Positions 14,113 through 27,692 of a stretch of DNA of 64,000 nt are shown here, one piece after another. The first letter of the stretch is position 1. Every line of letters starts with the position of its first letter. The position numbers and the translations under genes are program-made. Origin of the DNA: Parasitella parasitica NRRL 2501. Its lineage: Eukaryota > Fungi > Mucoromycota. The stretch spans positions 197,817 to 261,816 of the forward strand of contig MU619262.1 of assembly GCA_025201805.1 (NCBI GenBank). The letters run 5' to 3'. The notes beneath the pieces are model-generated. The model was not told where the DNA came from and did no database searches. It worked only from the letters and a program-made list of their open reading frames with translations.

Positions 14113-14826
14113 GCCTGCTGATGATAGTTAACGGACTTGAAAGGGTTATATTCAGAGAAACAGTGGCTTGCCTTTAAAAGATCCAAGAACTTTTTAGGCC
14201 ATAACAGACGTTACTTCTTTTCTTCTACACCACCAGTAGGGTACAACAAAAGACCATTTTCGGGGTAAAGGTCGTACAAAGTAGTAGCGCATGAATTCTT
14301 TTAAAAGCATATTTTGATACAAAGAGCAGAGAAGGTGATTTGCCACAGCAAGAAGAAAAATTGGTATATTGTTGACAGGTAATAAAAAAAAAGTTTTTTT
14401 ATTTTTTATTTGTTCTTTTGCTATTCTTTCAGTCGTAAAGCAGTTGCTTTAGCACATAAATCGTGATATATGCGTCACCCAGTGAAGGAAAAGTGTATAT
14501 CAGATAAACCCTGATCATACCGTAACAGTATCAGTCAAGTATAAATCATGGCTTGGTTTGTTCTTTGTGCAAAGTTATAAGCGTCTATGTGTTTTATTTT
14601 TTCCCCGTATAGAAGTTGATTGTAAAATGGTTTGCATGACAACATCATTCAGAGTGGCAGTTAATACCCTGCAGAAATATTTGAAGCGGTGCAGTAACCA
14701 GCTCGCAATGCTTCAAAGTCGTGTTTATTGAAAAGTGCTGTGCCGCCGTGGCACAAATATATACATGGTTTTTATTTATTTATTTATTTTTTTTACAAAA
14801 GTCGACTAAATTACAATCAACCTACC

Positions 14827-16414
14827 CTACCACTGTTCTTGTTTGATTTTTTGACGTTGATCATTTACTGAATTGGTGACATCTTGCAAGTTACGTTCAG
14901 CCTTCTGAATCATACCACTTAGCTCAGCCATATGTCTATCCAGTCTCTCTTTTGCTGATCGTGAAACCTTGATAGCATCATCCCAAATGGCTTCTTGTTC
15001 CTTGGGATCTTTGACTAACGGAAGCTGCAATTTCTCTCGTTTTTCATTCGATTTGTCCGGGTCGATGTGGGCAAGCCAATCCCAGAGATCTTGCTCTTCT
15101 TGCCGATTATACTGACGACGTTGGGCTCCTGGTATATAAGAAATGTCCACTGAAGGCTCATTATCCGGACCAGGCAAGCTGTTGCTTGGAAGCACATGAC
15201 TCAATTCGTTTAATTGCTGTTCGACAAAGGCCATTTTTTTGGCGATAAAAATATTAATGCCAACCATCAAGACGAGGCAGATCAATGTCAAGTGTGCAGC
15301 GCGAGGTGAGCTGAGGGAGGCGATACCATCTGCTAACAAATTTGAAATACTTCCCATTACTGATTTGGGCTTTTGTACGTTTTTTTCTATTTCTTCTGGC
15401 TTGGGCGAGTGCTGTGATCTAGCTTTTCGTCCCTTTCTTCGTTTGCTTTTACCGCTCTTTTTGTAATCTGCAAATTCGGAGGGATGGTCCTTGAAATATT
15501 GACGAACTGCTGCATCCAAGTCTTTGTAGTAGGTTTGCTGTCCATCAATACTGGCCTTTTCAATCGTAGCTACAGAAAGAAATGAATGATTTGTTTGAGG
15601 AGAAGAGAAAGCATCTTACATTTAAGCCACGATGATTTTGTAAATTCAACTTGCACAGTAACTAGAACTCTGACCTTTCCTTTACCCGCCCAAGTAAAGC
15701 ATGTACGAGTTTTGCAGCTAAATGACCCACCTGAAGGCACATCTGGAGTGCAGGTCGTCGCCAACACTGTAACGTATTTCTGGATGTCTTGATGAAGGAC
15801 TTGTTGTGTGATGATGCATTTGGTCTGCTTGGGTCCAATGGCACCGCCCAAAGGTTTAATATAAGATAATTCTCTTACGAATTCGACATTGCCCTCTCCT
15901 TTCTTCCAGTCTCCCATCTCAAGCTCTAATGTGTCAAGCAAGTTTAGTCACTTGCATTTGACAAACGCAGGCTGCCTTACCCAAACTCTTTTGATTATCA
16001 ACCAAAAACTTTTTCATAAACCCGCTGTCAAAGAGCAGGTTGTAGATTTTTTCTAATGTGCCATTATACACCTGATCCATGACAACATTGGGATAGTGCG
16101 CTTTGTTGAGGCCACATTCGCAATCAGTTTTGTCATGCACTTGGGGCTGTGCATTTCCCTCGTTTGGTTTATCAGTTCCCAAAGCGGTGTTTGCCGCTGC
16201 TGCGTCATTTGACTTTGCTGATTTGCCATCGGTGACCACAGCAGCAGCGGACTTTGTCTTTTCTTCTTCATTTGACTGGGAATGAGGCCTTGGTACTTCT
16301 GACATTGCACGACGACGAGCGGCAGAGTCCAGTTTGCTAGTATCTTTATTGCTAGGCACGGATGCCATTGAGACTTTTCTAGGTCGATTTCCATCTTTCA
16401 CCGGCTCTGTTTAT

Positions 16415-16455
<41 letters not shown>

Positions 16456-16899
16456 TCAATCGAGACATGTGTGTAATAAAAGACAGCCACTCACCTCGGG
16501 AAGCAGTAGTAGTATTTGCATCTGCCACATCCTCAGCATCAGTTTGGTCACTGTATGAATCCTCAGTATCGCTATCGTAGTATGAATCACTTTCATCCTC
16601 GTCAGCAGACAAAGAAGATGCCGAAGATGAATCTGAAGACACGCCATCTGCATCGCACACACTAGCCGCAGTGTCTTTAGGCGGCACAAGATCAGGTCTT
16701 GCAATGCGCCATATATCAACCATTAGATCGTACGCTTGATCACGAGATAGGAAGGAAGCAAAGAAATGCTTTGCGTTGTCTGTGGATATTTGGATAGCGT
16801 TTGGGATGAAATAGGCGGTCGTCTTTTTTTCGATTTCGATAATATCGGCGAATGCGACGACCAGCTACAGAGGAGCCGCTGTTAAAGATGAATGAGGCC

Positions 16900-16970
<71 letters not shown>

Positions 16971-17728
16971 CTTACGTTAGTAACCCATCCAAAGATGTTG
17001 GCGTTGAAGCATAGATAGCTCTCGGAGATGTAGATGCGGCCTTGGAGCAGGATCTCCTTCTGCAGAGCACATCCAAAATCCTCGATCAGATTGTCCTGCT
17101 CAGGCACACTTCTGAACAAAGCGTGAAAGTCTTGGTTTCGCTTTGCATTGGCCAGATATACACCGGTTGAGCCAGCAACGCTATGAGCAATCGCAGACTG
17201 GTTGTCAGACGAGCTTCTTTCTTGAGGAGCCGTATTCGCATCGGTATCGTCCGAAGAGTGTTTAGACTTGATTTTGTTTGTGATTGACTGGATAGTGGAG
17301 CTTTCTTTGATTTCGTTGATCAGATTTGAGGTCACACTTGAAGCTCTTGAACGGGATTTCTTCTTTCGAGTGTGTGAATCGAGCAGATTAGTTGAGCCAG
17401 CAGGTGCTGTGGCAGACGCTCTCGGCAATGGGGCTGGGGCGACAGAGGAGGAAGCAACAGAATCACTATCTGGGGTTGCAGGTCTGCTCATTGGGCTGCT
17501 GTTGTCGTTGAAGAATCCATTAGATGCGCTCTTTGAAGGCTCGATGGGTGTTGGCTCAGAGATGCAAATGGGAGGAGGTACACCAGGCGAACCTTCAGAA
17601 TTTCGTCGTATGTTCATAGGGCGACTAATGCTAATCTCCAAGGCTGGTGGACGGCCACCTGAAATCGTATTTGAATGAGGTCTTGCACGCTGAGTATTTG
17701 TACTTGCAGTTGAAGATTCGGTCGACAT
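14827..17728 (-). CDS. GRAM + VASt (StART-like) + TM sterol-transfer protein, LAM/Ysp2/GRAMD1 family (5 exons)
   Basis: GRAM motif RNQDFHALF..LIEDFGCALQKEILLQGRIYISE..FNANIFGW. VASt motif TCTPDVPSGGSFSCKTRTC..VEFTKSSWLK. C-terminal TM segment and coiled coil. Confidence 0.92.
16419..16450. repeat. (AG)n microsatellite in a LAM-gene intron
   Basis: Read directly from the sequence. Confidence 0.9.
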
Positions 17729-18081
17729 GTAGAAATAAGATGGAAAAAAAAAGAAGGAAAAAAAAAAAAAAAAGCAAATTACCTCAAAAAGACATGGTAA
17801 TAAAACAGATCTCCGCATAAACAACTTTGGTCAAACAACACTGTGTGCAAGTGATTTGATGTATGCTTCAGACGTATCTAAAACGGACCGGCTAAATAGG
17901 CTCTATTATTCATACGCTTTCGTTTATTCATATACATCTGCTGCTATTCTTTTTCCTTTTTTTTTTTTTTTTTTTTTTTTACCAAATGGCGAGAAAAGAA
18001 ACATTTTTTGCACATGAATTCACCATGACATAATGTCTAATTCTCCCCGCCCCAGCAAGTTTCATTCATGACTCGGCAAAG

Positions 18082-18766
18082 CTATTTACCCACCAGCTCC
18101 AGTATCACTTTTTCTAAAATGTGAGCAGGTGCTGTTGTAAACAAGGTAGATGGATAGATATGGCTCTGCCATGTTGGATGGAACAAAATGTGGCAGCATC
18201 CAATGTTCTGTACATAGAAACGACTGGACAGCATTTGGGTGCCTTGGACATCAGGGTATGGGCTTGGTCCAGCCTCAGAAAAGATCTGGGACAAGTTAAC
18301 GGCTGTATAAAAAACATGCGGTGGATTGCAAAAACTTACAGGAAAGCCAGAAGCTGGATCCATAATATCTGCCCACATGCCGATGGATCTAATCCTGTCA
18401 ACAACCGCTTTTCCCCACTCTACAAACTGCGAGTCAGTGGGAGGGAGGGGGGGGGGTTAGATCAGTGGCATGCGCATGGACCTAACATCTCCTTACTAGT
18501 TCTAGCTTGACGTCTCTTTCTTGGTTTACTTGCTCAGTCAGTCCAACCATGTCATGTCTGCACTGCTGTATGACCGGCACCACCAGCAGCTCATTGCGTT
18601 GCTTGGCATTTTGACGAGGAAAGACACTGTCAAAGTCTCTTGTAAATCGTGAGGAGGGCTTGTAGGCTGAATACTCAAACGTAGAGCCTTTGAATTCAAA
18701 GAATGCGGGCTCTATTACGCATGTCGACTGCCTTTTCCTTTCGTCTTGTCCTACTGGTGAGTCCAT
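18082..18766 (-). CDS. MMADHC: Cobalamin trafficking protein CblD/MMADHC homolog (about 186 aa, 3 exons)
   Basis: Exons 18766-18497, 18426-18340 and 18285-18082. Motifs DFDSVFP, L|FVEWGKAV..GMWADIMDPASGFP and IGCCHILFHPTWQSHIYPSTLFTTAP. Confidence 0.88.
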
Positions 18767-18954
18767 TGCCAAACAGAGGAGGTGAAATATCCTTGACCTC
18801 GTCTGTTGAGCTCCCCCCCCCTCATCTGGCATCCTTCCAGTCACGCACCACGCACACGAAAGCGGCAGGAAATTCGCGTACCATGGCCATCAGACAACAA
18901 ATTTTTTTTTTTTTTTTACTTGTTGTTCTTTCCTACGCATACAACTACAGAAAC

Positions 18955-19631
18955 ATGACAAGCTTGACTGTAGAGCTGCGTGTTCTGCTGGACCAAATAT
19001 GCAAACACAGGGCCACGCCATACTCTTTGAAAGCGGCCATGGATCTCAAAGATCAGTTGGATGCGAATAAATCACACTTGCTCAAGCTACTCGACGACCC
19101 ACCCAAGAACAACGAGCATCGCACTACAGTGCAATCTGGTAAGCATACATCTTTTCCCATCCAATGCTGGCACCAGCTAATAGTGCAACAGGCAAAGCCA
19201 TCATCGCTGGCAAAGAATACAGAGTCAACGACGATTTCATCAAAGAAGCCTTATTCTTGTCGGACCAGCTGGACATTGATGAATTCGAAGCATCTCGATA
19301 TTTGCTGGATGGAATCAGCCGAGCACCTTCTATGAATACCGCCAGCACTGATGCTGCTGTCTGCTTGTATCACGAAGAGAGAGGATACATCTTGACTATT
19401 TTGCTTGTTGTGTTGGAAGCTGCCAAAGACGAGTCGCTGGATGCTCGAATCACAAGCATTTTCTACAACTTTATGGCTGATGTGGTTGCAGACAGTACTC
19501 TCAGCACTAGCTTTGTACAAACACTACTAAAGTTAGAAAAGGAATTGGCTGGAATGATTAGTTCTTTATCAAAGACGGGCATGTTGGCGTCCACGGCTGC
19601 TACTATTGCTGCTAAACAGCAGTCAGGCACT

Positions 19632-19670
<39 letters not shown>

Positions 19671-22600
19671 CAACCTACAACATTGTCGTTATTTCAGCCG
19701 CTACAGCAACAGCAACAGCAACAGGCGCAGCAGCCAGCATCTGAAAACGAGTTGAAATTCGACCCCCAAACTACAGCAGTACGCATAGATAAATTAACAG
19801 ACGAACGTGTTTATTTGACAGAGATATTATATCACATTGGCTCCCTATACTGGCTAGGAGAACCTGATTTATTAGCCCTATTGACAAAGGCCCAATCAAT
19901 GAATCTGCCAGACGCTACATGCTCATACATCACTGTTGCTATGCTGTCTGCAATCTCAATCCAATCCAAAAAACCATCGCAACACAATTTCACAACAAAC
20001 ACCGACTTTCTCAAGAACATACACAAACACATTACAACAAAACCGTGGCAAGTAAACATCCTGAAGGCTGCTACTGTGGTCCGTTGGGGTCTTACTATAT
20101 CAGAGTTAGCTGCAACGCAAGCCAGTATCCAAGACACTCTTTCCATGAGCAGATCAGAGCGAGTGAAATTTGTCGAGTCAGCGCTGGAAGTGGACGTCTT
20201 TGGATTTATGAATGACTATCTGCTGTATTTCAAGCAGAACCAAACCGACGCAGCTGACAAAAAGAGCACGATTAAAGCAAAGGATATGGATGTCGATAGT
20301 GGCGGCTCTGCTATGGCAATCGACGGCTTGATTATCGACCCTAACGATTATACCAAATTTGCAGTGGATATTGCAGCCGATTTTCATATGCATGTGATTC
20401 AAGAATTGGAGGCACTAACCCAATCCTTCATTTTCAACATGTCAGACATCTTTAGCAACTTGAAAAAAATGACACTGGAACAAGCGCCAGACACAGCAGC
20501 AGCGAATGGAACAAGGAGCGAGGATGTTGTGTACAGTAGTAGCTTACAAAAATTCTTGACGTTGATGGCAAGCATTTATCGAGATCGTCTTGACGCTGGA
20601 TTGAAATTCTGGGACCCTCAGTCCAACGGATTATTCACGTTTTTACCATGGCTTTTGGAATTCAAGTCGCCTCAAGACCTTGCTGCTATTTTCGATTTTG
20701 TTGGTGCTATTTGCACAGGCGAACAATGTGCTCTTCTTGCTCACAATCACCTTCGATTGGGCACTTCGGAGGTTGACATCTTTGCAAGTCATATGTTCTC
20801 CTGGGGGAAACTGTTTAGTGCGCTTCAATTCTACGGCAAGCTGTATACGGACAGATCAGCCGCAGAAGAAGAGCCTCCTACCATACCGCTTATAGAAGAG
20901 ATCACACTGTGTAAATTCTTGTATGCGTGTCAGCAAGTGGTTCAGTATTCTGATCAGGCACGCTTGAATATCTGGTCGGATCCAGTGCTTAAAGTGCATG
21001 AATCCATTGTCACTATGATTGGCTCCCCCACTTCTACTCGATTTCGTGCTGCTTTGTATGATTTGTTGTCTGCCTTTTGCTCAAATTGGGGTGGTGGAAT
21101 CAACCATGTTGGAGAATCCATAAGTTTGCAAGTGTGGAATACTTTGGAGTATTCTGATATGATCCTTCCGGAAAAGACCATGGCCATCAAAACACCTAAA
21201 GTAGCGAATGATAATAAATCATTTACAGCTACCTCCGCGACAGTACCGCCCGGTTCACTCTTTAACAACGCTACTCCTTCCCAAATGCAACAAGCCGAGG
21301 AGATGCTGAAAAAATCTACAGCTAAATCAGACGGACCTAAAGCAGCAAAACCGACACCTACCTACTACCTGCCAGAGCAGCCTGCTGGTTTTATGCGTGA
21401 ATACGCTGATGAAAAGAGCAGACGACTTTATGCAGAAACCATGTCCGTCTTGAAGCTATTCTCCTCGCTGATCCACACTGAGAGTAAAAGAGACCAGTTG
21501 GTTTCTGGCTTCATCCCTACTGCATCATCAATACCTGCTTGCCTGGGTCACGATAATAACCGCTCTCCTGGCACTGCACCGTACATATCGCTTGTCATTG
21601 ATCACATCTTGCTGAATCTTAAAGATCAGCAATACATATATCCGGAAACTAGATGGCAATTGACAGATGCATGTCTGCAGATAGTCGAAAATAGCATCTT
21701 GGCATTCAACATTGAGCCTGTTTGTGATTATATTTACTACTCTAGTAAAAAGGAACCCGAACCCATCATCAGTTATACTGACTTGTTTAAAGGAAATACG
21801 GGAACCTCTACCGCTGCTGACAGCAAGATGACAATCAAGTTGCAGCAAGCACTGTTGGCCTGTGTATCTCATCCTGGCTATGATATTCTTATTCGTATTC
21901 TTTCTGGCGGCCCCTTGATCCAAGAGATGTTCAAGATTGTTGAAAAGGGCAAAGAGCCATTTTCGTCTAGCTGCAAGACAAGATCTGGGAAAAACATGTA
22001 CTTTAAAAACTGCATGGCTCGTTGTTTACGCATATTTTCCAAAGTCTTTCGTATGCAGAACATGTTTGTCAATATCTTTATGCCACAACTGAGACAAGAT
22101 TTCCAAGTGCTGCCCATGGGCCAATTCAAACTAGGTGCGTACACCTTCCCACTGCCTCCTTCAGAGCTACGCTCGCTTGCTGATCACATGCTGTATAACA
22201 CTCGAGTGATTGTCCAAATTGCATTGATGATTGACTGTGAAGACCATGAAGATATCTCTCGTCTTGGCACTTGTATTCTGGGAGATCTTGCTTCTTCACC
22301 TGAAGACTATCCGATTTGCATTGAGTTTCCTAATCATGTAAATATCCCTATTGGTGGTTTAGGGCCTCGCTTGGCTGGCTTTCTACTCTCTAGCCAAAGT
22401 ACAAATGAAATTATATTCGGTGTTGGGGAACGCCTCGAAATTGGCACTCCTGAAATTACAACATATGATGATTACGAATACGATTTCAATACGATTCCCT
22501 TTTGGCTTGCAGAAAAGACCATGAGCAATATATACCGATACGACCAAGAAGAGGACTATTATCGGTATACTGCATCTGTTCGTATTGGTATTCTTGACAT

Positions 22601-25600
22601 TTTACTAAAGAGTACGAGTAAAGACGTACCCTCTCCTACTATTGCTGAATTTTTGCTGGGCTTTGATGTCAAGGATTCTGCTATAAAGGAGATTCAAGAA
22701 AATTCTGCTGTCGTTGATAAGCGTGCTCGCCTTGCCTGCTTGATGTCCATTTTGTCCATGGTGAAAACTGGCATAGATTCACATGGAGCTGAGCAAGAAA
22801 ATCAACAACAGCCATTGATTCAGTCGCATCCCATTCTGGCAGAAAAGTGCTATCAGTTGATCTACAAGTTGTGCGCTCGAGAATCTACTTCCGGGAGCAC
22901 TCTACAATACTTTCATGGTGGCGATGATTTCATGCTTGAGCAATTCAGAGCCATCACATGTCGTTTGGAACACTGTGTGTCTGTCGCCGAGCCTTATTTT
23001 GCTGGCGAAATGATTACTTTTGACAACACTCGTGTCAAGACTGATTATTTCACCTTGGTTAGCGTTCTGAACCAGCGTGCTTGGTTGATGAAATTGATTG
23101 CATTGGATCTTCATCAACTCGCTGGAACGCCACTCAAATCAGAATCTACCAAGCTGCTCAATTTAATGTATGATATCAATTCAGATGACGATACAAGTCT
23201 CGCCGACAAGCTAGAATCAATGAATTTGGGTGCAAATGTACAAGGCTTTCAACAACCCATGTGGAACTTGATTGAAATCATCAACTCTTTGGATTTCACC
23301 TGGGTTGACCAACTGGACGCGCCTCAAGATGACCACAGAGACGCTCCCACTTTGTATTTCAAAGGCTTTGATGCCAAAAAACACGTTATCAAGAAACTGG
23401 ACGAATATGAAATCTACGATATTCGCAGCATTTACAAAACTTTGCGACAGTATCAACTTGGTGATCCCGTTGCCAGAAACTTGCCTGATGAAGATCGTGC
23501 TAAAATGGAATTCGAGATGGGAAATATTTTGCGACAATTGATATCGCAGAACCGTCATCGTGAAATCGCCTATGGTCGTTTGCATTGTCTTCGTGCCTGG
23601 AAGCAGGTTGTTGAAATCACCGTCTCGGATTGCTTTGAAACTTTTACCTTTGAGTCTCGTGAGCGTATCATCTATGATCTTCTCAATGTCTTGTTGCCCA
23701 AGTTGGAGAGCAACATTGGTCTCCATGTGGATATCCTAAAGGGTCTGAGTGAAGTTGTTCTTAGTTTATTGACTCGATTACGAGAAGATAAACGTCGTCA
23801 GGCCATACTTCAGGTTGCTCCTCCTACGGCCGCTGCGACTACAGATTCAAAACTACCTGTGGATAAACTTCGCACTGTATTTACAATGATCATTAATTGT
23901 ATTTGCAAGGAAAAGTCTTTGGTGGAGGTTCGTAGTACCATGTATTCTGCTCTTGTCAACCTATTGCATTACATTACGCCTGATGCAGGTGGTGATCACG
24001 CCAAAGCCACTGCTATGATAAACAGCAACTTGCCTGACATCTTCAATAGCCAGATGATTCATCTGCTTGACGACCAAAGCAAAAATTCTCTTTTGTCCAT
24101 CATTTGCAGGGATGCTCGTGAAGGATCAGACGATTACAAGACAACTGCTTACATTGTTTTGGAAGCCATATATGTTCTTTTGAATGAAGATGGTCGCTCT
24201 GTTATGCATAAGCTCTTGGTCAAAAACGGATTCTTGAGATATGCTATTGAAGTCATTGAAAGCTCGAATAATGCCTTGCTGCATATCATTGAAGATCGCG
24301 ATGGTAAGATTTACAGGTACATTATGTTTACAAATCACTGACACTAGTTTATATATATATATATATATATAGCTTCTTTGGTTCCACTGAACATTCACGA
24401 AGCCAAGATATCATTTTTTATGCAAATTGCCTTGAATAAGGGCGGTGCTTGGATACTCTTGAATAACGGCATTTTACATAGCCTGAACAATTGCACGTTT
24501 TTGAAGATCCGTCCTGAAAACGACAAATACAGAGACAATCCAAACGCATTGAAACGATATAGACGCTTGTTGATTCCTATTTTGGAGCTAATCAATGTCA
24601 TGCTTAAGGATAACATCAACCACTTTCTGGCCTACGACATGCTGAAGTTTGAAGAATGGGTAAAGAACCAAGATAATCTGCTGCACATATTGACAGATCA
24701 AGACAAGCAAACCACACTTTCGACCCTGCATATATTGCGATTGGCCACTTCATTAGTGTCTCAATTAAGCTGTCAGCAGGATTATTTTGTTGGCCTGGAA
24801 AATAGAGGTCTCGATATTGTGGATTCTGCAATTATGAATCTGATTTCCAAGTATTGCTCATCAAAAAATTGGGCTTCGGTCGTCGTCCCTACAAGCCAAG
24901 AAGAGAAGAAATGGGCCAATGAAAAGGTCCCTGCAACTGTAAATAACCATGAAATGGAATCTATGCTTGTGGCCAAGGCAGATAATTACATTAATGACAT
25001 TGTCAACAATTTACTGTCATACGCTTCGGCATCTACATTTAGAATTGTCAAGCATCAAGGTAATTGTTGATATAAAGGACTCGACATCTTTGTTGCCTAA
25101 CCAATTTCTTTATGGAAGGAGGGTCATTCAAGCCAATCTTTGCCAATACGCTGGACTCCATCAAAGACCGTACCCCTAATTCATTGCGTAAAGGTACGGT
25201 TTCCTGGTTACGAAATATAAAGTAAAACTAACAAGAACAATAGCATTGTCCACGACTCCTTCTTTGACGACCCTTGTTGCTTGCATCTCATTCACTGGTA
25301 AGAAATTAAACACTGTCATTGCAGAATTTGAATCTCTCTGCTCTCAAAAAGACAATGTTGGTTCTTTAAAATATGAAGAAATCCTCGAAATTGCACAAAC
25401 CGCTATTCCCAAGCGACTTGGTATCCTGTATGACAGCTTGAATCCTACACAGCAATCACAATTACTCACTACAGAAATCACAAAACGATGTAAACTAAAG
25501 GCCAAGGAATTGAACGACCTCTTGTTTACGATTGAAAACGCAATTTACATTCTCTGGAGACATTTGGAGTTTTATATGCGGCCAGAATCTATATCCAGTG

Positions 25601-25821
25601 TGCAGCAATTTAGTCCTTGTGAACGCTATGCAAATGAAACCGTAGTTTTGTTGCAGCAAGCCTTGTTTCAAACATCCAATGCTGTTATTTCTCAATTGAG
25701 AGAATCTTGTCAAACAGTATTGGAGCCTGTGTTGCAGAAACTGGAAAAGACTCCTTTGTCTATTCAAAATGACACAAATCTCCCTCAAATGTATAAACGT
25801 CTTCGAAAATGCTACAATTAA
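18955..25821 (+). CDS. NUP192: Nucleoporin Nup192/Nup205 (5 exons)
   Basis: Very large alpha-solenoid ORF with VNDDFIKEALFLSDQLDIDE, FSWGKLFSAL, YPETRWQL, HPILAEKCYQLIYKLC and QRAWLMKLIALDLH. Introns at ~19139-19190, 24303-24372, 25060-25118 and ~25194-25243. Confidence 0.93.
19632..19673 (+). repeat. (CAG)10(CAA)4 polyglutamine repeat in NUP192
   Basis: Read directly from the sequence; in frame. Confidence 0.95.
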
Positions 25822-26183
25822 ATAAACGAACGAAATTTTCTGCTGTGTAGAATAAATTTTATGCACTCTACTTGAATGATTTCTGTCTAGGTTGCATTCA
25901 ATGAGTTAGGACCACATGTCATCAAAGTGTCTGCAGAGAGACATAGAATATCTACAAATCTTTAGCATTGCCCACTGGTAACACACCTGTAGCTCACGAT
26001 GGATTTGGTTCCAACAGTAACCGAAAGATGATGATAACAATAGCCACTAGACTCTGCAACAACAAATATAAATACATGAAAAAAAAAAAGGTGTATCATC
26101 ATGGTCCAAACAAAAGTGTTTTTTTTACTTTATTCTTTTGTCGAAATGATGGTAGAATCGAAAAAGGAGAAAAGACAACAGCC

Positions 26184-27432
26184 TTAGGCAGTGGCAGACT
26201 TTTGCATGGAAGAAGTACGACGGCGTTCAATCTTCTGTTGCTTGGACTCCTTAACACGCTTGGCGAGCAATTGCTTGTACTCGGCTTCAGCTTCACGAGA
26301 GGCCTCGGCTCTTCTGCGCTTGAGAGCTTGTCTGTGTCTCTTACGTTGAAGAGTAAGAGGGGTGACGAGACGTTGGATCTTGGGGGCCTTGGTGTAAGCC
26401 TTCTTACCCTCAGCCTTGGGTTGAACCTCACGACGAATGACATACTTACGGACATCATCTTCCTTGGTCAAGTTCTATAAAATGCAAACAGGGCCAACCA
26501 ACTATCAGTACCAAATGCTAACTTTAGAGATCAAACCCACTTACAAAGAACTTTCTGATCTTGGAAGCACGCTTAGGACCGAGACGCTTGGGGACGGTAG
26601 TATCGGTCAAACCGGGGATCTCTTGCTCGCCTTGCTTAACAACGACGAGAGACAAGACAGAGAGGTCAGAACCGACGATACAACCACGGACAGACTTTCT
26701 CTTGCGCTCACCGGTGCGACGAGGGCGGTAGCAAGAGTGGCCCTTGGACATCAAAAGGCGAACACGATGGGGCAAGAGAACACCTTGCTTCATGGGGAAA
26801 CCTTGCTTGTCGTTACCACCAGAGATACGGAAAACGTAGCCCTTGAACTCATCGCCGAGAGAGTCACCAGAGACCTCTTGGGCCATACGCTTATCGTAGA
26901 AACCACGGCTATAAATATTATAAAAAAAAACAGCCTTGTTAGTTTTTGGACACCCAAGACGACGCTGATTGTGCAAAATGCATGTGTGCAGGTGTGCAGG
27001 TGTGCAAGTGTGTAGAAATAGCTCAAGTGTTCCACTTTTATATTTGATTCGTTACTTTCCAAGCGCAATTGGTGATTTCAACATGTACATTATACTCGAC
27101 CCTCTGCAACAAAATCGACACACCTACTGCACACACATGTTCTTATTTTATCAATAATGTTTACTTACACACGACGCTCATCCTCGATTTCAATCAACTT
27201 TTGGCAGCCAGTGGCTGGGTTGGCGATGTTCAACTATAGGAAACGGCATCAGTAATAATTCAGACATATGTGAAAACAACCCGCATCATCGTCCAAACAC
27301 ACACAAATTTCAAAGGAAAGGTGGATCAATCCGTCTATTGGATCATCCATCTAGCGCTTTTATATGTTGATGCAGCGTTTGATTTGTGTATGTGCATGGA
27401 TGGCGTTTGGTTGACAGTGCACACACCTTCAT
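26184..27432 (-). CDS. RPS6: 40S ribosomal protein eS6 (4 exons)
   Basis: MK|[39 protein letters not shown] and C-terminal RRRTSS. Introns 27234-27426, 26909-27168 and 26475-26544. Confidence 0.98.
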
Positions 27433-27692
27433 GACTCGTCAAATAGGGAAAGACAGTTCATCAATAGCGATTGCTTGCACATTTTATCGCGAATCCAATG
27501 CTTGCAGAATAAGGCTGGACGCGGCTCGGTTCGAACACTTTGGTGTGTCACAGGTAAAGTCCTGGTGGTGAACCGGGCAAATGCTGGCTGAACATGATCC
27601 CCAAAATAACACTGTGAGGGCTATTCACCAAGAGCCCCCAAAATGTCGAAAAAAGTTTTTTCCTGGTTTTGACACATTAAAGATTTGCAAAA

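Noticed and set aside
25968-27015. Long plus-strand ORFs (170 and 192 aa) opposite RPS6, and likewise 6892-7530 and 17268-17678
   Set aside because: These are antisense shadows of codon-biased real genes.
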